In this document: positions 35,458 to 43,958 of the stretch, piece by piece
How the letters are laid out: each line of letters starts with the position of its first letter
Position numbering within the stretch: position 1 is the first letter of the stretch
DNA from: Candidatus Micrarchaeota archaeon
GTDB lineage: Archaea; Micrarchaeota; Micrarchaeia; Anstonellales; Anstonellaceae
Assembly: GCA_021814005.1 (NCBI GenBank)
Contig: JAKAJC010000002.1
Location: forward strand, 4,325 to 68,324
DNA: 64,000 bases
Direction of reading: 5' to 3'
The notes under the pieces: generated by a model
Told to the model about the DNA's origin: nothing
What the model saw: only the letters and a program-made list of their open reading frames with translations
Database searches by the model: none
Translations under genes and position numbers: made by a program

Positions 35458-36969
35458 ATGCGTGGGATGATTTTTCTAACTCTGGCAATTTTCTTCACAG
35501 TTCTGCTGCCTCTTGCGCACGCGCAGTCTGTGCCGAGCGAAATCGCAAGCACGATTGAGCTCAACATGGACCTCACATCGCAAACGCTCTCTTCTGAAGG
35601 CTCGTCAGTGCAGCTTCTCTCGCTCGACGGCCGCCCGAGCTTTATAGTCGAGAACAACCTGCTCGTGCGCGACCCTGTCCGCATTCAGGCGATTTTGGAA
35701 AAAAACATCTCCCTCACCTCGGGCTTTTATGGCGCAATCGCCACAACGCGCGATTCGCTCAACGATTTGCAGGCAATCCGCGCCGCGCCCGAAGCCCACT
35801 GCGCCCAGTATATGGCAGTGGACCGCTTCCCCTGCTTTGACAAGACGAGCTGTGTCAAGGCGGCGCAGGCAAACCCCCAGACCACAGTCATGATAAACGC
35901 CGAGGGCTTCTGGCAGGCGATGGTGGACTGGCAGATGCGCCGCACAGACTTCAATGACAGCATCAACTCGCTCAACGCAACGCTTCAATCAATGTCGCCG
36001 ACGCCCGCTTACTCGAGCGGAGTGCAGGCGGGCATGAACGACGTGCAGGCGAAATTCGACGCGTTCATGCACAACGACCTCTACCGCACCCGCTATGACG
36101 CTGACTGCACCAAATTCAACCGCTCAACCTGCTTCGAGTTCTGCGCCCGCACCAACTGGACCGGCTACTCGAACTGGACTGCCACCGCCGCCTCATGGTC
36201 TGCGGTCAACTCGCGCCTGAACAGCATGGGCTCGCAGTCCTCGCGCGCGCAGGAACTTGCGCAGGCCACCTCCGACTGGCTGAACTATTCCAAAAACCGG
36301 CAGGCGATTTGGGCCGCCATGAACAATGACATGGCCGCGCGAACTGCTTCAATTGACGGAAACATAAGCGCGGCAAACGGCTCCTGGTCCGACCCCGGCC
36401 TCTCGGCCGACATCTCGGCATGGAAAAATTCGCTCAACAGCACGCGCGCTCTCGCGGTGCAGGGCCGCTTCCGCGCCGCTCTTGACACCAAGCCGCAGCT
36501 TGTGAACCAGTCCGACCGGCTGCTGAGCCGCATCACAGACCACCAGACGCGCATGGAGCACATAACCAACAGCATCAAATCAACCCGCTTGGCAGTGGCT
36601 CAGCTGGTCAAATCATCAAACAACCAGTCGGCCACCTTTGCAGCCAGCCTTGCTTCTCTTGAGCAGGCGGCCAAGCCGCCGATTCCGTCAGACCAGCTTC
36701 CCGCCCTTGAAAACCAGTCGTCAAATCTTGAGCAGCTGACCCTTTCCGAAGTCGCCCGCGCGGCCCTCGGCGCCCCGCCGGCGGCCCACGACACTGGCGC
36801 AGAGGCGCAGGCAATCGCGGCAAATCTTAGCAACGGGACTAACGCAAGCGGCAATGCGACACTGGCGCCATCTGCTGTCAAGATTTCCCTGCCGTTCGGC
36901 CTGCAATGCCCGGTTTCGATAGGCCTCATCGGCCTCATCGGCCTGCTCGCCGCTCTTCGCTCGAGGTAA
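35458..36969 (+). CDS. Secreted, heavily N-glycosylation-sequon-rich cell-surface (S-layer-like) glycoprotein with C-terminal PFG-TM-RSR anchor
   Basis: The signal peptide is MRGMIFLTLAIFFTVLLPLAHA|QS. More than 20 N-x-S/T sequons are present (NISLTS, NDSINSLNATLQS, NRST, NWTGYSNWT, NYSKN, NGSWS, NSLNSTR, NQSD, NQSATF, NQSSN, NLSNGTNASGNATL). The C-terminus is LPFGLQCPVSIGLIGLIGLLAALRSR, a tripeptide, a TM helix and a basic tail, as in the PGF-CTERM class. Confidence 0.6.
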   Translation: MRGMIFLTLAIFFTVLLPLAHAQSVPSEIASTIELNMDLTSQTLSSEGSSVQLLSLDGRPSFIVENNLLVRDPVRIQAILEKNISLTSGFYGAIATTRDSLNDLQAIRAAPEAHCAQYMAVDRFPCFDKTSCVKAAQANPQTTVMINAEGFWQAMVDWQMRRTDFNDSINSLNATLQSMSPTPAYSSGVQAGMNDVQAKFDAFMHNDLYRTRYDADCTKFNRSTCFEFCARTNWTGYSNWTATAASWSAVNSRLNSMGSQSSRAQELAQATSDWLNYSKNRQAIWAAMNNDMAARTASIDGNISAANGSWSDPGLSADISAWKNSLNSTRALAVQGRFRAALDTKPQLVNQSDRLLSRITDHQTRMEHITNSIKSTRLAVAQLVKSSNNQSATFAASLASLEQAAKPPIPSDQLPALENQSSNLEQLTLSEVARAALGAPPAAHDTGAEAQAIAANLSNGTNASGNATLAPSAVKISLPFGLQCPVSIGLIGLIGLLAALRSR

Positions 36970-36973
36970 CGCT

Positions 36974-37309
36974 ATGAAATCAAAGCTCCCCCCGCTTCCA
37001 AAAGGCCTGCTTTACTGGCGCAACCGCCTAATGGGGTTCAAAGGCTCTTTCGACATGTCAGACAAAAAACTCAAAACCGCCACGATTGACAGCTCCGACC
37101 AAATCCGGCGGGCAAAGGAGATGAATTCGCGCGAAGCGTTCGACTTTTTGAGAAGCGGGGGCACATTGCACCCCGAGGCAGTCCACATTGCGGCTGGCAA
37201 GCTCAGCTCCGAGCAGGCCGAGTTTCTGCTGGCCTCAAAACCGGCACAGGAAATATCGATTCCCCTTCAGGTCCGCCTGCAGGAGCTTCAGCACAAGGAA
37301 AAGGCCTGA
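36974..37309 (+). CDS. Hypothetical small protein
   Basis: 111 aa with no recognised family. An alternative start is MSDKKLKTA at about 37052. It lies immediately upstream of the PIN gene with a 4-nt gap. Confidence 0.35.
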   Translation: MKSKLPPLPKGLLYWRNRLMGFKGSFDMSDKKLKTATIDSSDQIRRAKEMNSREAFDFLRSGGTLHPEAVHIAAGKLSSEQAEFLLASKPAQEISIPLQVRLQELQHKEKA

Positions 37310-37313
37310 TTTT

Positions 37314-37712
37314 ATGCGTCTCATTCTTCTTGACACCAACTTCTGGCTCATGCCGTTCGAAAACGGCGTTGACATATTCTCGCAGCTCGACCGCTTGTCA
37401 GAAGATTCGCCCTACGAAATCGGCCTGCCAAATTCGGTCAAATCCGAACTTGATGCCATGGCCGCCAGCCCCCTGAACAGAAAACGCACAAGGGCGGCAA
37501 GGTCAGCCAGTCGGGTTATAGAGCAGCTGATGAAAGAGGGCAAAGTAAAGCTTCTTGCCTCAACCGGCCCGGCCGACGGCTCGCTTATCACGCTTGCCCT
37601 GCAGACGGGCGCGTGGGTTGCCACCAACGACCGCGAGCTGCGCCTGCGGCTGAAGGCGAAAAAAATAAAGGTCGTCATTTTGCGCGACGACCACATGCTG
37701 GCGTTTGTGTAG
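37314..37712 (+). CDS. PIN-domain protein, Fcf1/Utp23-like (COG1412-type)
   Basis: The N-terminus is MRLILLDTNFWLMP (PIN Asp). The C-terminus is GAWVATNDRELRLRLKAKKIKVVIL, which resembles the Fcf1-type C-terminus (ATQDRELKRRLR..VP.I). The start is 37314; the tool's 37188 start adds a junk leader. Confidence 0.7.
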   Translation: MRLILLDTNFWLMPFENGVDIFSQLDRLSEDSPYEIGLPNSVKSELDAMAASPLNRKRTRAARSASRVIEQLMKEGKVKLLASTGPADGSLITLALQTGAWVATNDRELRLRLKAKKIKVVILRDDHMLAFV

Positions 37713-37747
37713 TTTTTTCTGCCAGCTTTTGTGCAACTCACTCACTT

Positions 37748-38461
37748 CTACACATTTGCCGGCAGGCTCTGTGCAGCCACAAAACTGAGTATTCCCATCA
37801 GCAGCTGGTACACAAATGTCATGAACACCGCGCGGTTGAAAGGCATGCTGTAAACAACAGTCATCACTTTTGCCAGCGCGTAAATGAGATAGATGTTCAT
37901 CACAATGTAGCCGATAATCACCGGCAGGCCGGCCAGGCTGGACACTATTCCCACAACAAGAATTACCGGAATCAAAACCGACCATACGGTGACGGTCAGT
38001 TGCGCCATCCGCTCGTAAGCGCCCTTGCTTCCTCCGATGCCGGCCATCAGATGAAGGACTGCTGAAGCCAAAATCACCATCATAATCAGGCTGGGGGCAA
38101 GCTGGAACGCAACTATGATTGCCGCTGCCGGCACTATGGGCAGGGGCAGCTGCTCTGCAGCCTTTGCGTCAAGCAGGCTTCCGGCAGCCATGATTATTCC
38201 CAAGGCAAGCACGAGCATGAAAGTAAGGCATACAATGTCGAGAATGATGGCCTTCCATCCGGCGGGCCTCTCCATTGATTTTTGGGCCGCGGCCGCCGGG
38301 TTTCTTGCCATTGCAACCGCGCGCGAGAAGAAATCCACTATTCCGGCCGGTATGCGGCCTATTGCGCGCGGCACGGCCATGACAATGTCGCCGAACTGCT
38401 CGGTCACACCCTTACGGGGTGCCGGCGCGGCCGCTTCTGCCTTGTACTGGCGTTTTTTCAT
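37748..38461 (-). CDS. Yip1-family integral membrane protein
   Basis: 237 aa with a soluble N-terminal region followed by 5 TM helices in a Yip1/DUF1282 arrangement. Confidence 0.55.
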   Translation of the reverse strand: MKKRQYKAEAAAPAPRKGVTEQFGDIVMAVPRAIGRIPAGIVDFFSRAVAMARNPAAAAQKSMERPAGWKAIILDIVCLTFMLVLALGIIMAAGSLLDAKAAEQLPLPIVPAAAIIVAFQLAPSLIMMVILASAVLHLMAGIGGSKGAYERMAQLTVTVWSVLIPVILVVGIVSSLAGLPVIIGYIVMNIYLIYALAKVMTVVYSMPFNRAVFMTFVYQLLMGILSFVAAQSLPANV

Positions 38462-38506
38462 GTTTCATCCCCTCGATTTTGAAATGTGGCCAAGGCATAA
38501 AAGGGG

Positions 38507-38752
38507 CTAGGCCGGATTGCGCGGCACGGAATTTCGGCGCTCTATGTTGACAAACGTTCGCTCGTCAATCTGGCCTGACTGGCTGCAGACAAATCTTCCG
38601 GGCCGCCTGCCCTGCATTTTGTAGGAGCATTCCTCCTTCGTGTAGCACTCCACAATAATCGGAAACGGCTTGAAGACCGAAAGAGAGACGACTTTGGTGT
38701 GGCCGTTGGTGACGCAGGTGTAGACCTTCAGCGCTTTTGGCGGCTCGTTCAT
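38507..38752 (-). CDS. Hypothetical small Cys-containing protein (4 Cys, possible zinc-binding)
   Basis: MNEPPKALKVYTCVTNGH...ECYTKEEC...FVCSQSG. No family was recognised. Confidence 0.35.
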   Translation of the reverse strand: MNEPPKALKVYTCVTNGHTKVVSLSVFKPFPIIVECYTKEECSYKMQGRRPGRFVCSQSGQIDERTFVNIERRNSVPRNPA

Positions 38753-38814
38753 CCAAAGCCCGCTTTTTTCCCACAAAACTTATAATGCCGCCAGAAAGGA
38801 AAAATGAAAAAATT

Positions 38815-39606
38815 CTAGAGCGGGATATCCATCCTCAGCTCGATGCGCTGGTCGGCCTGGCCGGGCTTGAGAATTGAGACAAACGCCTTGTAGCCGTTCT
38901 TGAAATAGGCGCTCGTGCCAATGCGCACCCTCTGCCAAATTGAGCCGATTTTCGGCTCTGGCTTGAGCTGAGCATCGGCTTCCACCACCAAGCGTGTGCC
39001 GTCGCCAAACGTGTGCGGGTAAGCCCCGAAGCCCACGAACATTGCGTCCGGAGCGTTGAGCAGGTCATTGTAGCGGAGGTTGAGCGCGAGCGAAGAGAAC
39101 GGATTGGCTTCGACAACATATTCAACGCCGCGCTTCTTCTCATCACTCGACTGCTTTAGGGTGACAAAGCCGCTTGCGTAAGGCGTGACAAAGAACAGCC
39201 CCTCTTCGAATGATGAAACGAACGGACTTGTCGCGGGAGCATGGCTCCACTGGCCTTCAGCACGCAGCTCGGCATCGATATGATACCCCTTAGCCAGCGT
39301 GCGGCCCGCCCCAATCTGGATAAAGTGGGTGCCGGTCATGAGGTTTTTGCCAAGGTTGGAGCCAACGCCCAAACCCCCGATAAGTCCGTTTGAGGAAAGA
39401 TTGTAATTGGCTTTGGCGTCACACCCGTTGTTTGACTCCATGATGTCGAGCCTGAGGGATATGGCCGGAGGCCGGCGCCAGAAGTCCTGGGCGCGGGCCG
39501 CCGCGCGGTTGAATGTGATGACCTGTGCCTGTGACGGGCTGGCGGATGCCATGATGCCGCCGGCCATCAGCGCGAATGCAATCGTTCGGATTTTGCCATT
39601 TTTCAT
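38815..39606 (-). CDS. Secreted beta-rich protein with outer-membrane beta-barrel-like sequence character (MipA/OmpV-like feel)
   Basis: The start is MKNGKIRTIAFALMAGGIMASASPSQAQ (signal peptide) at 39606. The mature 235-aa region is rich in Gly and aromatics, with alternating hydrophobic dyads (GYHIDAELRAEGQW, FVGFGAYPHTFGDGTRLVVEADAQL, AYFKNGYKAFVSIL). Confidence 0.55.
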   Translation of the reverse strand: MKNGKIRTIAFALMAGGIMASASPSQAQVITFNRAAARAQDFWRRPPAISLRLDIMESNNGCDAKANYNLSSNGLIGGLGVGSNLGKNLMTGTHFIQIGAGRTLAKGYHIDAELRAEGQWSHAPATSPFVSSFEEGLFFVTPYASGFVTLKQSSDEKKRGVEYVVEANPFSSLALNLRYNDLLNAPDAMFVGFGAYPHTFGDGTRLVVEADAQLKPEPKIGSIWQRVRIGTSAYFKNGYKAFVSILKPGQADQRIELRMDIPL

Positions 39607-39677
39607 ACTGCACCTCTTCTTATACAAATTAACACATCTGGGCGATTTAAATAGATGTAGTAATACCATTACTGCAT

Positions 39678-40454
39678 ATGCTGGAAAAAGACGCACTCGG
39701 CATGGCCGACCTCACCCCCACGGAGGTGAAAGCGCTCTCCGCTCTTCTGCGCCTCGGGCCCAGCCCGCCCTCAATCATAGCCCGCGAGGCCGGTTTGTTC
39801 CGCGCCCAAGCCTATGACGCCCTCGAGCGCCTGGCGGGGCGCAACATGGTCTCATTCATACTGCGCAACAACCGCCGCGTTTATTCGGTGACAAACCCGT
39901 CAGTCATAGTGGACACGCTGCGCAAAAAGCAGGAGCTTATCGAGAAAGCCATTCCAAAGCTTCTGGCCACCTACTCCGCCGCCCAAAAAGAGAATGTCAC
40001 GATTCTCTCGGGCGTCGAGGGCCTCAAACTCATGCTCAACACAACGATGCAGGAGATGGAGCGCCAGCCGTCGCAGAACGTCTACCGTGTCATGCTCACT
40101 GATGCAACGCCAATCAATCTGCTCAAGGGCTGGCTGCGCCGCTGGCACAAGACGCGCGCCCGGCGCAAATTGAAAGCCATGCTCATTTTCACTCCCGACG
40201 CCGCCTGGCGCGGAAAACAGCTGGAAAAGCACGCGGCCACGCAAATCCGCTACGCTCAGAACATCCAGAAGATTCCCATGGGTCTGCACTCGTGCGGCCG
40301 TTATGCCTGGGTGATATTCTGGGGGCACGAATCCCCGTTCTCGATTCAGATAGAGGACGAGAAGATTGCCCGCGCCTTTGACGAATACTTTGAGCGGCTG
40401 TGGGCCGCCGCAGACAGGAAAGCCCCAAGCTCGCCAGAAAGAAAAAAGAATTAG
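39678..40454 (+). CDS. TrmB-family transcriptional regulator
   Basis: N-terminal wHTH (LTPTEVKALSALLRLGPSPPSIIAREAGLFRAQAYDALERLAGRNMVS), a coiled-coil linker and a TrmB C-terminal domain; 258 aa. Confidence 0.75.
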   Translation: MLEKDALGMADLTPTEVKALSALLRLGPSPPSIIAREAGLFRAQAYDALERLAGRNMVSFILRNNRRVYSVTNPSVIVDTLRKKQELIEKAIPKLLATYSAAQKENVTILSGVEGLKLMLNTTMQEMERQPSQNVYRVMLTDATPINLLKGWLRRWHKTRARRKLKAMLIFTPDAAWRGKQLEKHAATQIRYAQNIQKIPMGLHSCGRYAWVIFWGHESPFSIQIEDEKIARAFDEYFERLWAAADRKAPSSPERKKN

Positions 40455-40519
40455 GAAAATAAAATGAAAAAGAAAAATAAATTAAAAATAAAAAAGAAAA
40501 TCTGCCTGTTTTTGCGCCC

Positions 40520-42610
40520 TTAGATGAACAGCGCCGCCAAGACCAGCGTAATTGTCGCCAGCATCTTTATCAGCACGTGCAGCGAGGGGCCGGCGGTGTC
40601 CTTGAACGGGTCGCCGACCGTGTCGCCGACAACTGCGGCCTTGTGGGCGTCAGAGCCCTTGCCGCCGAGCGCGCCGGTCTCGATGTATTTCTTGGCATTG
40701 TCCCATGCGCCTCCGGAGTTGTTCAGCACCGTGGCCATCAATATGCCCACGATTGTGCCGACCATCAGGAAAGCGGCCATCGCCTCATACTTGAGCAAGA
40801 AGCCCACCAGTATGGGGAAGAGAATGGCCACCGCGCCGGGCAGCACCATGTTGCGCAAAGCTCCCTTTGTGGTCAGGTCAACACAGGATGCATAGTCCGG
40901 CTTGACTGTGCCGGCCAAAATGCCCTTGTTCTTGAACTGGCGGCGCACATCCTGAATGATGTACTGCGCCGTGTCGCCGACCGCCCGAATCGCGAGCGCG
41001 CTGAACAGGAACACCAGCATGGCTCCCATCATGGCGCCGACAAAGACCGGCACCTTGGAGATGTCGACCGCGCCGAACGCGTGCCCTGTGATGGCTGCCA
41101 CCTCGTCCATGTAGGCCGAGAACAGCAGGAAGGCGGCCAGAGCGGCGGAGCCGATGGCATAGCCTTTTGTCAGCGCCTTGGTGGTGTTGCCCACCGCGTC
41201 GAGGCGCTCAGCCTTTTCGCGCACATGCTTTGCCGAGCCGCTCATCTCCACAATGCCTCCCGCATTGTCTGTGATGGGGCCGAATGTGTCCATGGCCAAT
41301 ATGTAGGCTGCTGTTGCGAGCATGCCCATTGTGGCAATTGCCGTTCCGTAAAGCCCTCCGTGGGGCACGCCCGATGTTTCGCCGAGCCAGAAGGACACGA
41401 TGAGGGCGATGGCAATCGCCACGGTTGCCGCAAACGTGTTCTCAAGGCCGACCGCAAAGCCGGCGATGATGTTTGTCGCCGGTCCCGTCTTCGAGGCCTC
41501 TGCAATTGATTTGACGGGCCTGTATTTGTATTCGGTGTAATACTGGGTGATGTAGACAAATGCCACCGAAAGCAGCAGGCCCACCATTCCGGCATAGAAG
41601 AAGTTGAGGTTGCCGCCCAGCAGCCATTCAACAGCCACATAGAAGAATATGGCTGCAAGCACCACCGTCACATAAAAGCCGCGGTTGAGGGCGTTCATGG
41701 GGTCCTCGTTCGGCTTTGCTTTGACGCACATCACTCCCACAATGGATGCGATGATGCCGAAAGAGCGCGCCACGAGCGGGAACATGATGCCCGCAATGCC
41801 GAACACCGGCCAGAGCGCAACTCCCAAAATCATGGCGCCGATGTTTTCGGCAGCCGTCGACTCGAACAGGTCTGCGCCGCGCCCCGCGCAGTCGCCGACA
41901 TTGTCGCCAACCAGGTCTGCAATCACAGCCGGGTTGCGCGGGTCGTCCTCCGGAATTCCGGCCTCGACCTTGCCCACCAAATCGGCGCCCACATCGGCCG
42001 CCTTGGTGTAAATTCCTCCTCCGAGCTGTGCGAAGAGGGCCACGAACGATGCGCCGAAGCCGAAGCCCACGATTTGCAGCGGGGCCGTCTTGGCGTCAGT
42101 GCCCAGGAATGCGAACACCAGAGCCACACCAAGCAGGGACATGGCCACAATGAGCAGGCCGCTCACCGCGCCTCCGCGCATTGCAAGCGTGATGGCGTGG
42201 GGGACAGAAGAGTCCACCGCCGCCGCCGTGCGCAAATTGGCGCGCACCGCAATCCACATGCCGATGACTCCGGCAATGGCAGAGCAGGCCGCTCCGATGA
42301 TGAAGGAGACGGCCGTCTTGTACGCGTAGTCGGGATTCTTGGCCAAGAACGCGTATGCGCAGTACAGTATTACCGCGGCCAGAATCGCCATCATGGCGAT
42401 GGTGGTGTACTGGCGCCTGATGAACGCCTCCGCGCCCTCGCGGATTGCATCGGCTATTTCCTGCATCTTGGCAGAGCCTTTGTCTGCGTCAAGAACGTAT
42501 TTTGCGAAATACAAGGCCACGGCAATGCCCAGCATGCTGATTACAAACACAATCAGCAGCGGGTTTGGCATGGTCATGCCGAATAGTAATGGTATGGCAG
42601 TGGGGTCCAC
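40520..42610 (-). CDS. hppA: Membrane-bound H+(or Na+)-translocating pyrophosphatase
   Basis: GGGIYTKAADVGADLVGKVE, DNVGDNVGDCAGRGADLFES and a C-terminal GDTVGDPFKDTAGPSLHVLIK; 696 aa with 15-16 TM helices. Confidence 0.9.
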   Translation of the reverse strand: MDPTAIPLLFGMTMPNPLLIVFVISMLGIAVALYFAKYVLDADKGSAKMQEIADAIREGAEAFIRRQYTTIAMMAILAAVILYCAYAFLAKNPDYAYKTAVSFIIGAACSAIAGVIGMWIAVRANLRTAAAVDSSVPHAITLAMRGGAVSGLLIVAMSLLGVALVFAFLGTDAKTAPLQIVGFGFGASFVALFAQLGGGIYTKAADVGADLVGKVEAGIPEDDPRNPAVIADLVGDNVGDCAGRGADLFESTAAENIGAMILGVALWPVFGIAGIMFPLVARSFGIIASIVGVMCVKAKPNEDPMNALNRGFYVTVVLAAIFFYVAVEWLLGGNLNFFYAGMVGLLLSVAFVYITQYYTEYKYRPVKSIAEASKTGPATNIIAGFAVGLENTFAATVAIAIALIVSFWLGETSGVPHGGLYGTAIATMGMLATAAYILAMDTFGPITDNAGGIVEMSGSAKHVREKAERLDAVGNTTKALTKGYAIGSAALAAFLLFSAYMDEVAAITGHAFGAVDISKVPVFVGAMMGAMLVFLFSALAIRAVGDTAQYIIQDVRRQFKNKGILAGTVKPDYASCVDLTTKGALRNMVLPGAVAILFPILVGFLLKYEAMAAFLMVGTIVGILMATVLNNSGGAWDNAKKYIETGALGGKGSDAHKAAVVGDTVGDPFKDTAGPSLHVLIKMLATITLVLAALFI

Positions 42611-42720
42611 GAATTCAACCTCCCTAATTCGTTTTTGTCGAGATGAGGTTGGAGAGCCGGCTTTTTAAAAAGCTTGCGGCCAGTCCGAACCGCGCCAAAA
42701 AGCCAGCTCCCCCCTTCAAT

Positions 42721-43482
42721 CTATTTTTTCACGTATTCAAGCGCCCGTTTGGCTTTTCTCACAACAAGAATGCTGCCTTTGCGAATGGGCCTGTGCATCT
42801 GCCCGTCCACCACCGCGTCCGCGCGGCAGCGGTTCATCAGTTCTATTCGGCAGACGGTGGAGGCGGGAACGATGACGGGCTTGAAGGCCCGCCGGTAGGG
42901 GGCGATGGGCACCACCTGATAGCGGTTGTCCGTCGTCCTCATCTCTTTTCCGCCCGCCGAGTAGGCATAGCCGGTGGAGCCGGTGGGTGCCGCGAAGATG
43001 AGCCCGTCCGCCGAGAAGCGGAATGTTTTTCTGCCCACCCTCAATTTTATGCGCAGGACGCGGTGGTGCTGGCTGCGCACCACCACTTCGTTGAGCGCGT
43101 CTGGCAGCGCTTTGTTGTTGAGAGTTGCCGAGAGCATGAGGCGCCGCTCGACCGAAAAGCCGCGGCGCACGAGCGGCTCCAATTCTTTTTTCCATCTTTT
43201 GCGGTTCGACTGGCAGATGAAGCTGGTGTCAGAGCCGATGGCCCAGACCGGGCGGCGGTAGCGGTTCTTGTTGTAGAGAATCGTGCCGTCCCCGCCTATG
43301 GTGATAAGCACCTGGGCGCGCGCTGGCGGGCGTATATGCACTCCATTCGAGCGCAAAAAGCGGCTGATTTGCCGCCGCAGGCCCCGCGCTTTGGGCTTTT
43401 TCGGGTTTGTAGCGAATCCGACGCTGGACAGAGGGTGGCGCATATGCAACTCTCCGCGCTTTGGTTTTTTATAGTAATGCAA
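42721..43482 (-). CDS. nadK: NAD+ kinase
   Basis: GGDGT motif (LITIGGDGTILYN), NE/DEV (LNEVVV), and C-terminal DGLIFAAPTGSTGYAYSAGG. Confidence 0.85.
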   Translation of the reverse strand: MHYYKKPKRGELHMRHPLSSVGFATNPKKPKARGLRRQISRFLRSNGVHIRPPARAQVLITIGGDGTILYNKNRYRRPVWAIGSDTSFICQSNRKRWKKELEPLVRRGFSVERRLMLSATLNNKALPDALNEVVVRSQHHRVLRIKLRVGRKTFRFSADGLIFAAPTGSTGYAYSAGGKEMRTTDNRYQVVPIAPYRRAFKPVIVPASTVCRIELMNRCRADAVVDGQMHRPIRKGSILVVRKAKRALEYVKK

Positions 43483-43630
43483 ATTCTATAAATTTCCGGT
43501 AAGAGAGATCGTCTCGCACAAGCCGGATTTGGGTGACTTGAAGAAGGGGACTGTGTCCGAGGGGGCTGTATCCGAAAAAGGGTAATATTGCATACGTTTT
43601 TAATCTATTTTTCACCATTACTTTGTTGAG

Positions 43631-43930
43631 GTGGTTCGGATGTTCGTATATCAGGGGGTCACAGTCGAAAAAACGAAAAAATCTGACGAAAGCAATAAGA
43701 CACCGATCCATCGGAATGTAATAGAGGCATTCATCGTGTTGGGACCTAGCGGCAAGCAGTTCAGGTCAGAAAGTGACAAGCAACTCTGGATAAAGGTCGA
43801 TTCTGCCCAATTCTATTCGCAATTAACCCCGCAACAGCGCAAGGAATTCGACGAATTTGACAAAAAATATGGTCATGACTCAACAAGTGCAAAATCTGAT
43901 ACACTCAGAATCGTGCCAAAAAAGAAGTAA
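43631..43930 (+). CDS. Hypothetical small protein encoded in a low-GC islet
   Basis: 99 aa, Lys/Glu/Ser-rich (…FDEFDKKYGHDSTSAKSDTLRIVPKKK). The surrounding ~450 bp has visibly lower GC than its flanks. Confidence 0.4.
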   Translation: MVRMFVYQGVTVEKTKKSDESNKTPIHRNVIEAFIVLGPSGKQFRSESDKQLWIKVDSAQFYSQLTPQQRKEFDEFDKKYGHDSTSAKSDTLRIVPKKK

Positions 43931-43958
43931 AAAATAATCCGAACCAGCATTTCCTTTC

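Noticed and set aside
40455-40519. A-rich tract (GAAAATAAAATGAAAAAGAAAAATAAATTAAAAATAAAAAAGAAAA) considered as a possible mobile-element end or small ORF
   Set aside because: It is a convergent intergenic region between trmB and hppA. The poly-A/T tract is the expected bidirectional termination zone, and it has no coding potential or repeats.
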